The notes under the pieces were generated by a model. It made no database searches and had not been told where the DNA came from. It was given only the letters and a program-made list of their open reading frames with translations. A stretch of DNA of 64,000 nt, taken from NCBI RefSeq assembly GCF_037042905.1, contig NC_087246.1, positions 9,674,001 to 9,738,000 on the forward strand, in the 5' to 3' direction. Position numbers and translations under genes: made by a program. Positions 1-14,162 of the stretch are shown here, in pieces. Source of the DNA: Lytechinus pictus (Eukaryota). Numbering within the stretch: position 1 is the first letter of the stretch; each line of letters opens with the position of its first letter.

Positions 1-84
1 CAGCCAAGCATGAAGGGAAAGGGCGAAGAGAAAAACGATTACTTTCAGAGCAGGTTCTACGATATAAAACAGGGTTTGTTTAAT

Positions 85-283
85 ACGGGGTTAAATATAG
101 GCCTATAGTAAAACATAACGAAGATGCAATCATATAGGCCTAAAGTAAAACATAACGAATATGCAACCCCAATGCGGGGTTAAATATAGGCCTATAGTAA
201 AACATAACGAAGATGCAACCCCAATGCGGGGTTAAATATAGGCCTATAGTAAAACATAACGAAGATACAATCCCAATGCAACA
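85..283. repeat. Short tandem repeat, ~56-bp unit, about 3-4 copies
   Basis: GGGTTAAATATAGGCCTATAGTAAAACATAACGAAGATGCAA(C/T)CCCAATGC recurs at about 88, 177 and 229, with a partial copy near 132. Confidence 0.85.
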
Positions 284-694
284 CTTGACTACTCTTCGTT
301 TGTTTAGATTGAACTCGCGAGGTCAAAAGGTGAGCTGAGAAACCTGTTGATGCGAAGTACGTACGTGTAGTCTACATTGTGTAGACCGTGATAGCATGAA
401 TGTGACCAACGTACGCATCAAGTTGCTAATTTCTGTTATTTCTGTTGCCGAGGTTTTTACCTGACTGCTAACAAAGCACGAATGCCTGTGAGCAAGCAAC
501 CAGGGGACCAACGGCTCAAGGTCGAACAAGCAGAGTAAAGGCGTCATGAGTCAAAAAATGAGGGGGGGGCAGACATGACGTCAGGGACAAGATTTCTGGG
601 AAAACTCTTATTTTTGCATCCACACAAGAAAGCTTGCATCGAGATATGGAAAAATGAGAAGTTGAGTATTGCGCGGTGCACGTGCTTCAGAGTT

Positions 695-3600
695 CCCAGG
701 TAACAAGCCAACGTTGGCTCCACGTTGGAAACTTGAAAGTCGTTGGACGTTGGGAAAACTTGATGGATTAACGTTGAATCGACGTTGGAAACTAGTTTGA
801 TGGAAAGATGATGGACAATCAACAATGACACGACGTTGGCAACGTTGGAAACTTGTTAGTCGGAGAGTTGTTGGACAGTCGACAATGTCACAACGTTGGA
901 AACACGTTTGATTGGATAGTTGTTGAACAGCCAGCAAAGGCACAACGTTGGCAACGTTGGAAACTAGTTCGCTGGAAAGTTGTTGAACAACCGACAATGG
1001 CACAACGTTGACAAAGTTGGAAACTAGTTTGTTGGAGATTTGTTGGACGGTCGACAATGGCACAACGTTGGAGACTAGTAAGTTGGAGAGTTGTTGGACA
1101 GTCGACAATGTCACAACGTTGGAGACACGTTTGATTGGATAGTTGTTGACAGCCAGCAAAGACACAACGTTGGCAACGTTGGAAACTAGTTCGCTGGAAA
1201 GTTGTTGAACAACCGACAATGGCACAACGTTGACAAAGTTGGAAACTAGTTTGTTGGAGATTTGTTGGACGGTCGACAATGTCACAACGTTGGAGACACG
1301 TTTGATTGGATAGTTGTTGACAGCCAGCAAAGACACAACGTTGGCAACGTTGGAAACTAGTTCGCTGGAAAGTTGTTGAACAATCAACAATGACACGACG
1401 TTGGCAACGTTGGAAACTTGTTAGTTGGAGAGTTGTTGGACAGTCGACAATGGCACAACGATGGAAATTAGTAGGTTGGAGATTAGTTGGATAGTCAACG
1501 ATGACACAAGGTTGGCAACGTTGGAAACTAGTTCGATGGAAAGTTGTTGAACAACCAACTATGGCACAACGTTGTCAAAGCTAGAAACTAGTTCGATGGA
1601 GATTTGTTGGATAGTCGACGATGGCACAACGTTGGAAACTGGTAGATTGGAGATTAGTTAGATAGTATACAATGACACAACGTTGATAAAGCTGGAAACT
1701 AGTTAGATGGAAAGTTGTTGAACAACTGACACTGGCACAACGTTGGAAACTGGTAGATTGGAGATCAGTAGGATAGTCGACGATGACACAACGTTGGCAA
1801 CGTTGGAAAGTTGTTGAACAACAGACAATGGCACAACATTGGAAACTAGTGTGTTGGAGATTTGTTGGACAGCCAACAACGTCACAACGTTGGAAACGCG
1901 TGTTTGATTGGATAGGTGTTGAACAGCCAACAAAGGCACATCGTTGACTACGTCGGAAACTAGTTCGATGGAGAGTTGCTGAACAACCGACAAAGGAACA
2001 ACGTTGGAAACTATTTTCTTGGAGATTTGTTGGACAGTCGACAATGGCACAACGTTGACAAAGTTGGAAACTAGTTTGATGGAGAGTTGTTGAACAACGG
2101 ACAATGGCACAACGTGGACAGCGTAATTGGAATAGTTTATTGGACAGTTAACATTGACACAATGTTGGAAACTATAGTTTGTTGGATATTTGTTTGACAG
2201 TCAACATAATATCCTGGCATAATATACACAGTGTTGAGAACGTTAGAAACTGGTTCATTGGAGAATTGATAATTGATAAAGTTGGCGGAGTACAGCAAGT
2301 CTGCATATGCCGACTTAACCCAAGACAAGACAAGACTACTGGCATAATTTCCAATGGGGCCAAGGGGGGGGGGGGTCGATCAAGTAAGTTTGCTTGTCTA
2401 TCCATGTCACCCTTGGTATCCCCCAGCAATAAGGGGAAAAGAAATCGAGAGAGAAGGAAAATAATGGGAAGGGAAAGAGGAACTAAAACTAAGTCTAAGG
2501 GGAAAACAAAAATAAAGATGGGGTAGAATAGAGAGGCTGCATGCACCTGGGGATGCAAATGTGTCGATTAATATAGAAAATAAAGAAGAAAAACAAGAAA
2601 AAAAATGTAGTTCAAGACCAGAATTTCCAGAAACGCCCTCGTCGATCCTTTGCAGCTGGCAAGGCCTTTCACAGTAAGTACGAGATATGTCATAGGCCTA
2701 CCGTCACATAACTAGAAGAAATTGAAGAAGGAAATACAAGCATCAAATGTGCCTATTTAAAAATACCATACTATTCTGATGCGCAGAATTAGTCGCGACG
2801 TCGGACTCCTTCTGTCATGTCTGTGTAGTCTGCTTCCTTCAATTTTGAACTTGAAGAATCTGGCAGAATTTGGACTGGATAGTGGATATAGATAAGTAAA
2901 TTCCAGAATATCTAGTGATCTGGAACAGTACTTATAAGCTGTATATTTAGGACCTACAATCTACAGTTGAATTTTCTTTGCACTTGCAGATAATCGGTAA
3001 CTGCAACCATTGATCCCCTCCGAAAGATCCCGGAGTCAGCTTCTGTGTGCGTACAGTCCGACGCTAGTATATTCGTGTACTGTAAGTAGTAGTAAAGTAG
3101 TACTTAACACCAGTCACTGCACAGTATAACATACTAACTAACCTCGTAATTAGCTTGTGTGAGTGACTAATACTAACCTCGCAATACGTGTGAGTGGGAA
3201 CGAGTATGCGATACCAATGGCAAGGCAACAGTCATTGGATGATTTTCAAAATTCAAGTACGTACAGTGTTGAAATCTGGTGTTGGTGTAACCCAGTATAC
3301 TAATACTAACCTGGCAATACGTGTGAGTGTAACCCAGGGAGCTCCGGCCCGCTGCGCGGGCCGGAGCCCAGGGGCTTACCGTGTAATTCACCATACCCAC
3401 GGTAGTAGCGTGAAGTATGGTCTAAATATTAAATAATTATCCGAATAAATAGTTAAAACAGAAATTAAGCACTTACCACGATTATATGGATGAAGGTCTA
3501 ACGAGTGACAGCTTCCTGACATCGAGGCACAGACTGGAACCTAAAAAAACGAAAAGTTCTGTCGCGGTAGCTCTCCTCTTTCAGAATTCAAAACAAAATG

Positions 3601-6199
3601 GCCGATTGAGACCTCGATGTCAGGAAGCTGCCAATCGTTAGACCTTCATCCATATAATTATAATCGTGGTAAGTGCTTAATTTCTGTTTTAACTATTTAT
3701 CCGGATAATTATTTAGACCATACTTCACGCTACTACCGTGGGTATGGTGAATTACACGGTAAGCCCCTGGGCTCCGGCCCGCTGAGCGGGCCGGAGCTCC
3801 CTGGGTTAGTGTTGGTGTTGTGACAACACCGTACTTGAATCAGGCTGGTGTTAAGATTGACCTCGGAAAATATGGTGTATTTCCGGCAGTTTGTGTTGAA
3901 GGCTGGTGTTGATTGTCATCTGCTGAACCCAACACTGCACTGTGGCTGCATGGTGTTGATGATCTACAAGCAATTTCCCCATTCAGCAACACCGACGTAC
4001 CCCAGGGATTGGGAGAATCGTGATTTAAAGTTCAGTGTTGGTGTTGATGAACTGTAGCTATTACGAACAGGGGGCGAACACGACGAACCATCTCCGTAAA
4101 ATTATCTTTTACATTTAAGATGAGAGCAAATCATTAGAGTTTTAATACATTTCAATGAAAAATAATATTACGCTTGGTGTTGGAGCTCAGTTCAGCAGCC
4201 CTTTCACGCACTCAACACCGTACACCGTACTTGAAATCACCCAAATGACTTGCTACCTGGCATTCCTGCCTTATTTATTATACGCTGCCTTGAATTGACT
4301 TGGTCGGTCCTGCCTGGCCTAGCCTGGACCGAGTGTTTTCCAACTGCAGTCAAACCTGTAGTTGCTATGTGAGGCATGCTACACTTGACGCTGAAATATC
4401 ATTTAATAGTTATGGCAGGAGCGAGACTAGGCCATGGCCATGCATATTGAGATATCAGTTGACTTCTATCTTAATCAAAAAGAGGCACTCTTTAGTTACA
4501 GTAGGCAGTAGCTACGTTACTCTGAGTGAGGCCAAGTTACGCGACCTCCTTTTTTGATTTTGTAAATACTGAGAGACTGCAATTACACATGTGAGTTTTT
4601 GTGATGATTACTGACGTTGCAATTGGCATTGCATACCGAGTCATTAAACAATTGTAGACAGAAACAGAGATTGCAACTCGCAAGAAAATGTAATACATCT
4701 TAATTTTTATTACATATGCATATGTTTTTTTGGTATTAGTCTTGTTTGAGAAAAAGAGGATGTCAAAAAAGTTTGAATGCTACAAAGGCCTCAATAAATA
4801 TCACACGTAATTATCCTGATTTCTCTTAATTATGTGAAGAGACTTGTAACAGAAAGAATGAAAAGAAATGAATAGCTGTAATAATAGTTGTAATGTTTTT
4901 TGATAGAATCATGAACAGATTACAGATGATGATGGCACAGTGTTGAAAACTGTTTGATGGAGATGGCGCATCGTTGGATTTGTTTAGAATTAGACCAACA
5001 AAGAATCAACGTTACAACAACATTTAACCGATATTAGACAAACATTGAATCAACGTTTACGCCAACGTTGGACTAACATTGGACTAAAGTTTAATCAACT
5101 TTCCATCAACATTGGACCAACATTATACCAACGTTGGATCAACGTCACCCAACGTTGGACCAACATTGGACCAACGCTGCCATACCTGCCTCATCTGGAC
5201 AATGATTATGCACTCATGAATATGCATTACATCAGTAAATGACCAAAATTTTAGGTAATATTGCTATAATAATTAGAGTATTTATGTTTATTCAATATTT
5301 CCACCATGAAAAGTTTCAGAAAAGTATGTGGCTCCTTTACCATATCATATATAATCAAAACATATTATTCTAAGTGAAATATTCAAGGTTAAGTGTGGAA
5401 AATGATATTAACTGTATTCTGCCAAGTATAGCAAAGTTGCTCTATATATAGGAGTCAATGACAGGTTACAGTGGATAGGTGTAGGATGATAGGAATAGGA
5501 TATAGGATTAGGATGTAGGATTTTAGGATAGGATAAGACATATGATGATAAAGATTTGAGTGTAGAGTTGTAATGGTGGACTTCACCTTGAAACCAATTA
5601 ATGTTTTGTTAATTACTGCCATACGTTGGAATAACGTTGGAGCAATGTTGGAGCAACGTTGTGACAACGTTGTAACAATGTTGGAGCAATGTTGCCAGAC
5701 AACGTTGGAGCATTGTTGCTGGACAGCGTTGAACCAACGTTGTAAACATAGTTGGACTGACGATGTATGCAAGTGCACGTCCATCGCTGCTTCAACGTTG
5801 CCCATCAACGTTGCAGCAACGCTGTTATTGATGACTCAGCCGACATTATACCAACGTTGGAGCATTGATGGTGGACAACGTTGAACTGACGTTGGAAATG
5901 TTGTTGGTCTGACGATGTATGGACGTGCACTTCTATCGATGATACAACGTTGCTTACCAACGTTGTAGCAATGTTGTATTTGTCTATTTAGCCAACATTG
6001 GATCAACGTTGCCAGACAACGTTGAAACATTGTTGCTGGACAACGTTGAACTAACGTTGGAAATGTTGTTGGTCTGACGATGTATGCGCGTGCACTTCTA
6101 TCGATGATGCAACGTTGTCCTGCCAACGTTGAGGCAACGTTGGGAAAAAAATTCCCAACGTTGATCCAACGTTGGTCCAACGCTGTATTGTTACCTGGG
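695..6199. mobile_element. Non-autonomous TIR DNA transposon, EnSpm/CACTA(CMC)-like, with long subterminal CAACGTTG arrays
   Basis: Left end CCCAGGTAACAA at 695; right end TTGTTACCTGGG ends at 6199. TT flanks both sides (693-694, 6200-6201), a 2-bp TSD. The palindrome CAACGTTG is repeated dozens of times at ~700-2200 and ~4950-6190. No transposase ORF is seen. Confidence 0.75.
3330..3808. mobile_element. Foldback MITE nested in the EnSpm-like element
   Basis: ~200-bp inverted arms TAACCCAGGGAGCTCCGGCCC...GGGCCGGAGCTCCCTGGGTTA. GTG flanks both sides (an alternative reading gives a 5-bp AGTGT TSD). Each arm has an internal GC-rich hairpin. Confidence 0.85.
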
Positions 6200-7866
6200 T
6201 TGTGATTTCCAGGGCCGACCAGCATGTAGAGTCTTACAACAGAACTTTACAAGGCACGCCGTGGGGCAAAGTGCAACAACGTATGTGAAAGAAGACTAAG
6301 CAAACCTGGAGAAGCAGCAAGGTGCAACATGTACAAGGGAATTGTGCTTGTACATTACGTCTGCTTTGAAATGTGTACATGGGTCGCCGAGTTTTTATGT
6401 AGTATGGGGAGGGGGTGGGGGTAGCCTATAATGATATAGTAGGGCGCTTTATACTTTATGCAATCATGGACCTATATCGTCCATGCTATAATCAAACCAT
6501 CAGCACGACCGGTGGATGGATGACTGAAAGAATGGATGGATAGGCATATATAAATGGATCATCCAATTGATGTATTTTCCCAAGAAATGGATGGTCAAAG
6601 AGAAATGGATACAAATGATGCAGCAATATATAGGGGCACCCCATGGGAGATCAACTTGCTACCCCTTCATAGACAGTAAACAAGTAGAAAGAATTGATAA
6701 AAAGATGAAATTTTATAGCAACAAATGAGAGGAAGAAAGGCCTCCGGGAAAGGCCTATACGCATACAGAGTGTGCACGAGCAGTTCAACCGTTGAAAAAA
6801 TGTGAATGACTGCGACATGAGCAGGACAAAGACATTACTTGCATCCGGGACTTGCATCTTGATTGGCATAACATTTTAGACTTATTTATCAATGGAATTG
6901 TAACTCCCATTTCCCTGCTATAACTATAGGAAAAACGAATGATAACTGTTGTTTTATAGACGTGGAAATTTATGCTTCATATTAGGACCAAAGAGATTCT
7001 GGCGTACGTGTCAATATTTCAAAACTCATGCGGGAAAATAATATAATCATTTTTTATGATTGAAAAAAAAGTGCCAAGTTCACACTGTCACGATTTTTTT
7101 TTTTTGGTGGCGGTGCTGAGGAAAATTTGACAAAGCAAAAGAAAAACATTAAAAAAGGTTCCAATACAAAATGTTGGTAATTTTCCTACATTTATCCAAT
7201 TCGACACCTATACCAGAATTCCAGGGGGAGCTGCCTACATGGAAAATAATGCACGCCGCACCCCATTGTAAAATCTTGGGGGTGCTTTGCACCCCCGGTT
7301 CCAAGGGCCTTAATTATAATCGCGGAATAATTAATCGTATCAGATCAGTCGAGGCGATCGTATTGATCGTATACATAGTTGGAATGGTTCAACTATGTGG
7401 TGATGTGGCTTTTTTGCAGGATTTTTTTGCATTTATGGGAATAATATACAAAACAAATTTACAATGCTTGAGACATGATCATAATACAAGTGACAATCGT
7501 ATATGTAGTGACTGGAGAAATACAATATATAAAAAAATATATATATAATGAGTAAAATGCATAGGCAAACTATATACAGTAAGCAAATATGTGCTTGAAG
7601 CATATAGCAGCCAAAATAAAAATGAAATTTCGAAACGAGACAAAAATAAAATTGTTATTTTGGGACAAGCCCCATCTGGCGAGGTTTAATGGGTATACGC
7701 TTTTTCTGATCATGGACCCTGATGTACTTAATTTATGATGATGTAATTAATGCACATGTGCTGCCGATGAAAATATAATATTTTGCCTTTATGGGTATTT
7801 TACAACTCCAGGGGGATCAATGAGAATACAGTAATAGTTCTGAATACGCACTGAGAGAAGTGAAGG

Positions 7867-8400
7867 CCGGGGGGGGGGGGCACTTCCATTGACGAGTGGA
7901 TACCATGCGCGACCATGGGGTCTCGAAAAGCACCCAAACACGTATTTTCCATATTCTCAAACTGCACCCCTTAACAAGTATTGGCGTCTCAAACCGACCC
8001 TTAACAAGTATTGGAAACAAAACGATACTCTTGGCAAGTATTCCCGAAATGAACCCCTAAACAAGTACAGCGATATTTTATTGTTATGTCGGGTCCGTCG
8101 GTCGTTGGTTTTACCTTTACACATCATTATTTTGGTTTAGTACGGCCCCATGCACCTTCCACAACTCGCGCAAGTCGGACTCTAAACACGTAGTGTTGGG
8201 GCAAAAAGGACATCCTTTATAAAACATTTTAATTTTGTTTCATCATCCCCGAAAATATTACCCTAAACACGTAGCTTTCCTAGCAACATAGATACCCTTT
8301 TAAAAATATTTTTGTGTTTTTGACAAAAAGACATCCTTTTTACGTGTTTTTGGGGTCGCGCATGGTATCCACTCGTCAATGTAAGTGCCCCCCCCCCCGG
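7867..8400. mobile_element. MITE with 8-bp TSD
   Basis: TIR CCGG(G)nCACTTCCATTGACGAGTGGATACCATGCGCGACC is mirrored at ~8353-8400. TSD AGTGAAGG at 7859-7866 and 8401-8408. Confidence 0.85.
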
Positions 8401-9876
8401 AGTGAAGGCAAAGCGGTCATGGAGCATGCAAGCAAACGAGTAATTATAATTCCTTGAATAGTCATACCATAATAAAGTTGGAGAGGATAATATTGAAATA
8501 AATAGAAAAATAACATTAAAAAATGCGAACATAAGGAATACACACAACCCCCAACCCAAGGCTAGGAATTGTGTAAACATCGAAAAATACAGAAAGATGT
8601 TAGGAACCTTGCTTGAACTATTGGCGTAAATAATAAACGTAAAATATATGAATTAAGGGGCCAGATATATGTGTCGGGCACAAATCATTTTTTATCGGTG
8701 ATAGATTTTGACATAATATTCAGATATTAGTTCCCCTTCTCGCTTTCTTTTTGTATTGGCCGTGACAAATTTGGGAATCCATATAGCCCCAATCCTTCCC
8801 CATTATTTTGAACGCCACTGATTTCAACTGGATATCGTCAAAAAATATTGATTGATTGATTTTATTTCGCAAGTCACCATAATATATATACAGTAGCATT
8901 AAAAACAACAGGCTTACACAGGATGACCCACGAAAGCTCTAAAGCTATTTTCCAGTGGGGAAATAGGCTTTACCTTGTAAATAAATATTACCTTGGAAAT
9001 AAGCTTTACCTTGTAAATAAATATTTACAAGGTAGTCAAACTGACAGCAGATGCAGCGTGTAAACACAGTATGAATTTCATTACATGATAATAATAAAAT
9101 GATAATTACGTAATGTCATGGGTGGTGAAACAAGGATGGGACGTTTTGTAATTCGCTACGCAGGCTTTTGATAGTAAAGCTGATGAAATACAGGGTTGAA
9201 AGTAAAATAATGAGAAAGACTGAAATGAAACGATCTATTCAAAATATAAATTCCATGAAAGAGAAGCGATTCAAACAGAGTATGATATTGCGTTTACATT
9301 CCCTTTGATTCATATTATTTTGATTCCCTTTCAACAATCTACTTCTTTCTTTATTTCTTCTCTCTCCTCCATGCCCCCCTTCCCTTTCTTGGGGCGGCGG
9401 GGATGGGGGGGGGTATCGGATATGAGAAAGCCTGCAGTTTAGGTGTTATGGCACACTCGGACAAGTTCAATTTAGTGGCCTAGTAGGTCCATTGGTAAAT
9501 TGCCAAGTCGTCGACTGCCAAGTGCCAACTTGCACTCACCACATGGTCTGATTTAATTTAGTCCATATCCATTCCGTCCATCAATATTTCGTCGAACAAC
9601 TATTTGGTCCAGTATCCAATTCATTTTCATTCATTTTGCACAATAGCACGTTGTCCAATTAGACCAAATGGTATATGGACTGAATGGCTATTGGACCAAC
9701 TGGTTACTAGACGATAGTGGATGAACATAATTATGGTAGACTTTAATGATAGTAGGCGAGTTGGCAATTTGACGATTTGGCATCAGACGAAATGGAAGTA
9801 AACTGATCCATGGACTTATATAGTATCACACCGGTATAGATAAAGAGGTACAAAAGTGAAAACGATGCCCGACGGA

Positions 9877-11568
9877 CATGCGCATATCCAGGATTTTGCA
9901 CCACGAGGGGGTCACTATTTTTGCGCCCCTGTGAACTTTTCGGAAAATTGCACCCCGACCCGACCACTCAGGCAATCAAAGTGCCTAAATGCATTTTGAA
10001 TTGTCTTATTCCACAACCACGTGAAAAAGGCAATCGAAGACCATTTTTTTTAATGTGTCCATAGTGTGTCCATGTAAAAAAAGATCAAAGTTGTATCCAC
10101 TTCTTGAAAAGAATAAATGCGACCAGAAAGCATAGAATTTTTAAGCGTTTTGGGGTTTCAATTTAGTTCAACTTTTCATCAGAGTGGTAGACCATACTAA
10201 AATTATGTGCGGGAGCTGTAATTTCTTAACCGGGGCTAGATCCAGCTTTCGCCAATAGGGGAGGGGGATATTTTCATCTGTTTTCCGATCAAACATTCTA
10301 CGCTTTTTGCAACCGTGAACATGATATGTATATGAATTATTTAAACAATTATTATTGATACGAGCGCGAAACGTGAGCTGAATTTTTTTTATATTCTGAC
10401 CTAAAATTTGAGGGGAAAAAAATCTATGAGCACTTTTGGCAATCAAGAACAGGATGAGTATCTATCAACATTTTATGCGATCACGAAGTGCGAACTGACA
10501 ATTTTTGAATTCCCAATCCAACACTGGACATCATAAGCACTTTTTATAACCATGAACAGGATGAGTATATAGCTAAATAATTAATGCGAGCGCTAAGCGC
10601 GAGTTCAAATTTTTTGATATTCTGACCTCGTAAATTTGTGCGAGTGCGAAGCGCGAGCTTAAAAAGTGATTGATATTTTGACCTAAAATGTGGACATTCT
10701 AAGCACTTTTGGTAATCATGAACAGGATTGTCATCTAACTAAACATTGATGCGTCCGCAAAGAGCGAGATGAAATTTTTTTCATATTCTTACCTAAAATT
10801 TGGACATTTGAGTAAGCATTTTCGGTTATCATGAAAAGGGTGATCAGTAACAAAACAGTTTATGCGAGCGCGAAGCGCGAGCTGAATAAAAATCTATATA
10901 TTTTGATACAAAGTCAGACATTCTAAGCACTTATCTTACCATGAACAGGATCGCCACCTTACTAAACAATTAATGCGAAGAGTAGGATGAATTTGTTTTT
11001 ATATTCTGATCTAAAATTAGGACTTTCTAGGCACTTTTAGTAATCATGAACATGATTGGTAATTGATGGGAGCAAACATGAGTTTGGCACCCCCTCCCCT
11101 CCCTAGGTAAATTGAACCTGAATTTGATGCACCGAGACAAATATCAAATTGGCGTGTGGTGAATATCCATTCGGCACCCCCTAGGTTGAACATCAATTCG
11201 GCGCCCCTATATGTCAAACAGCAACTCGACAACCGTATACAGAAAAAAATTATTCGGCGCCCCATCCCCAAGGTTAAACATCATTTCGGTGCCCTTCGGT
11301 GCCCCTATGTCGAACATCTATACGGCGCCCCGAGGTAAAACATTAATTCGCCCCCCCCCCCTAGGATGAAGATCAATTTGGCACATCCTAGGTCGAACAT
11401 CAATTCGGCGCCCCTAAGCAAAACATAAATTCGTCACCCGCTATATACATACTCTAGGTTGAACATCAATTCGGCGCATCCACCCCCCCCCATGTCAAAC
11501 AGCAATTCGTCAACCCCTTTTCTTTCCTTCCCTTTTCTCCCTATTTTGGCGCCCCCGAATACGCGCAT
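9877..11568. mobile_element. Degenerate non-autonomous DNA element with GCGAGCGCGAAGCGCGAGC internal repeats and a ~30-bp GGCGCCCC minisatellite
   Basis: Imperfect termini CATGCGCATATCC / GAATACGCGCATG. Internal ~110-bp repeat units are shared with 11842-12834 and 30777-32520. Minisatellite at ~11080-11520. Confidence 0.55.
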
Positions 11569-11841
11569 GGTAGAGCTACGGATATAGAGAAATAAGGACA
11601 AAGATGTAATGAAAATATAAAAACTCTTGAAATACTTTACGTTTTCTAGGCAAACAAGAATCCAAACTCCAAAGCGTATAATAACGTCCGGCTGAATAGA
11701 CCTCCATTTGCATCCTGTTTGATATGCTTTCCTGTTAGTTCCATTGTGGGCAAAATAAAGGGCAAAAGTAAGTCTGCTTTCTTTGAGAGGGTGTAAATGA
11801 TGATATATTCAAATACCAGCGAGTGCCATAGGTGACGGAAT

Positions 11842-12834
11842 CATAGGCGACGGAACGTATTTTCAATTTTTTTTTTTTTTTTTTTTTTTGGGGGGGGGGG
11901 ACAAAGCGAAAAAAGGCACTTATATGCAAAAAATTGCATTTTTTATGCAAACTTATATTTTCACCATGAGATTATCATCTGTGTTAAGTAGTTGTGCGTT
12001 TTGTAGTAATTAAATTGAGCAAAACCTTTTTAAAGTCTTTTCTGATTGATAAAATATCTATTTAGGCTTTATTTTTCCGGGAGCGAGCGTAGCAAGCAAG
12101 CAGTTTGAACATTTTCAAATCTGAAGTTGTGAAACTCGCCGCTTTTTGGTCAAATCGCGCAAATTATTGTTAAAAGAGCATTCTTGCGAGGTGTTAAGAG
12201 CGCAAATCGCGAGCTATAAATTCTAGACATTGCTTGTACTAACATGACTAATAAGACATGAAAATCAAACATTCCGAGCAATTTTGTTATGAAAAAGATG
12301 TGCATCTAATTGAAGAATGGACGCGAGCGCGATATTCCAACCAGAAAACTGGACATTCTAAGCACTTTTTTAACCCAAGAACTTAATTGTGTGTCTTAAT
12401 AAATAATAATTGATGCGAAGCGCGGCGAGCCGAAAATTTGTAATATTTCAACCTGAAAACTGGATATTCTAAGCAGTTTGAAACCAAGAACATAATGTGT
12501 ACCTTTGATGCGAGCGGAAAGCGCGAGCTGAAGATTTGTGACATTTAAACCTGAAAATTGAACATTATAAGCACAAGTTGTAACCAAAACAAAGTGAGTG
12601 CCATCCTAAAAAATAAATGATGTGGGCGCGAAGCGCGAGCCAAAAATTTTGTGATTTCCAACCTAAAATGTATCGTTTGACTTCAAAAAGGGTATTTTAT
12701 TTTGAAAAGGGACATTCATGTACATCATTTTGAAATAAGTGCACTCTCCATTTAAAAAAGGCATTTTTTCCTACTGGGATTTTTTTATGTAGGGGGTTAA
12801 GTGCCCCTGCCGCCCCCCGGTTCCGCCGCCCCTG
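11842..12834. mobile_element. Degenerate hAT-like non-autonomous element (GCGAGCGCGAAGCGCGAGC family)
   Basis: Termini CATAGGCGACGGAAC / GTTCCGCCGCCCCTG, with the same internal repeat units as neighbouring elements. Confidence 0.5.
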
Positions 12835-13440
12835 CTGCTAATATAGCCTCGGGTTATAATTTTTATCTAAGTTCAAACTGGTATTAACAAAAATATGTTG
12901 GTATGACTGCATTTTATAACGATGGTTTTCTTTAAAATATAAATTTTTTACCATTTCGATCCATCACATTTTTGCATTTTTTTGTCCGTCGATATGCCCA
13001 GCGCTGAGAGGTCATGCCAAAACGTGATTTTGCATGAAGTACATTCTCTGAACCATCATCGGAACTTCGGAATCACACAGAGATGGAAGACCCCTTCCCC
13101 CAAATAGTTCCGCCTAGCTGTATGTCCTCGAATATATATATATATATATTTAATAAGACATCAGAAATGCGAAACACAAATTCACGAGTAATGCAGTTTT
13201 TGCAATAAAATTTGCAATTTTATTATATATATATCACCATGATAAGTACGTAATTTTATTATCCGAGCACATGCAGCGGACCGAGGAGCTAGAGTGGGTG
13301 GAGGGAGAGGCACCTAGGAGACGTCATACTTGTTCTTGTTCAGTATACTACCATAACAAGTTGAAAAGAAAAATGCAAAGAGAAACTTGGAGGGGGATCG
13401 ATGTTACATGGTTATAACATACAGACCTACGCACCGGTAT

Positions 13441-14162
13441 CATAGGCGGATCCAGGAGGCCGACGTTACGCCCCCCCCCCCGATATTGGCGGCGCAAAGT
13501 AATATGAACGAAAGCAGAGGGGGGGGGCAAAATATAAGAGGAAGAATGAATAAAAAAAGGTGAGGGGAATTCAGACTTGGGGAGGGGTGGGAGCCAATCA
13601 TGTCACTACGCATGTATAAAAACAATTTAGCCCGCGCTTTGTGTTCGCATTGCCTGTTCGATGGAACATCTATTCATCTATACCAATTCATTTATTGATT
13701 TATTCATTCAGTCATGGTTAAACAGGTTCACAAGTTCAGAGTTATTAGTATATAAAATCATAGTAACAAGTACAATGACAAGGTATAATTCATATCGAAA
13801 TAGTATGAGACATAAAGAAATATTAACTGATCAATGTAATACAAAACACGGAAACATTGTTGAAGGGCTTATAGTAAAACGAACAAGGGAACTAAATAGG
13901 CCTTTACTTATTCAAATTTTTGAGCACCTTATCCGTCAGTGTGCATCTTGTTTAATGATCATATTGCTCAGATCAATTTTCAGGACACAATACACAGTCC
14001 GAAAATAATACCTCACGCTCGCATTTTTTATAGGGTTTAGTACTGTTACGACTATAGATTCCAACCAAAACTAGCTTTGAGCTGCCGATCGATCGGGAAA
14101 AATGTGGATGAAAATATTGTTCACCCCGGCCCCGTTATTAGTGAAAGCTGGATCCGCCCCAG
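13441..14162. mobile_element. Degenerate hAT-like MITE
   Basis: Termini CATAGGCGGATCCAG / CTGGATCCGCCCCAG. No intact TSD. Confidence 0.5.

Noticed and set aside
10..73. Possible coding exon MKGKGEEKNDYFQSRFYDIKQ at the window start
   Set aside because: Too short, with no recognisable partner exons or homology.
544..2110. Long ORFs (262, 135 and 95 aa) with repeated VSNVV/VQQLS motifs, plus similar ORFs at 5045-6225
   Set aside because: They are by-products of the CAACGTTG subterminal arrays of the DNA transposon and are open in several frames and strands.
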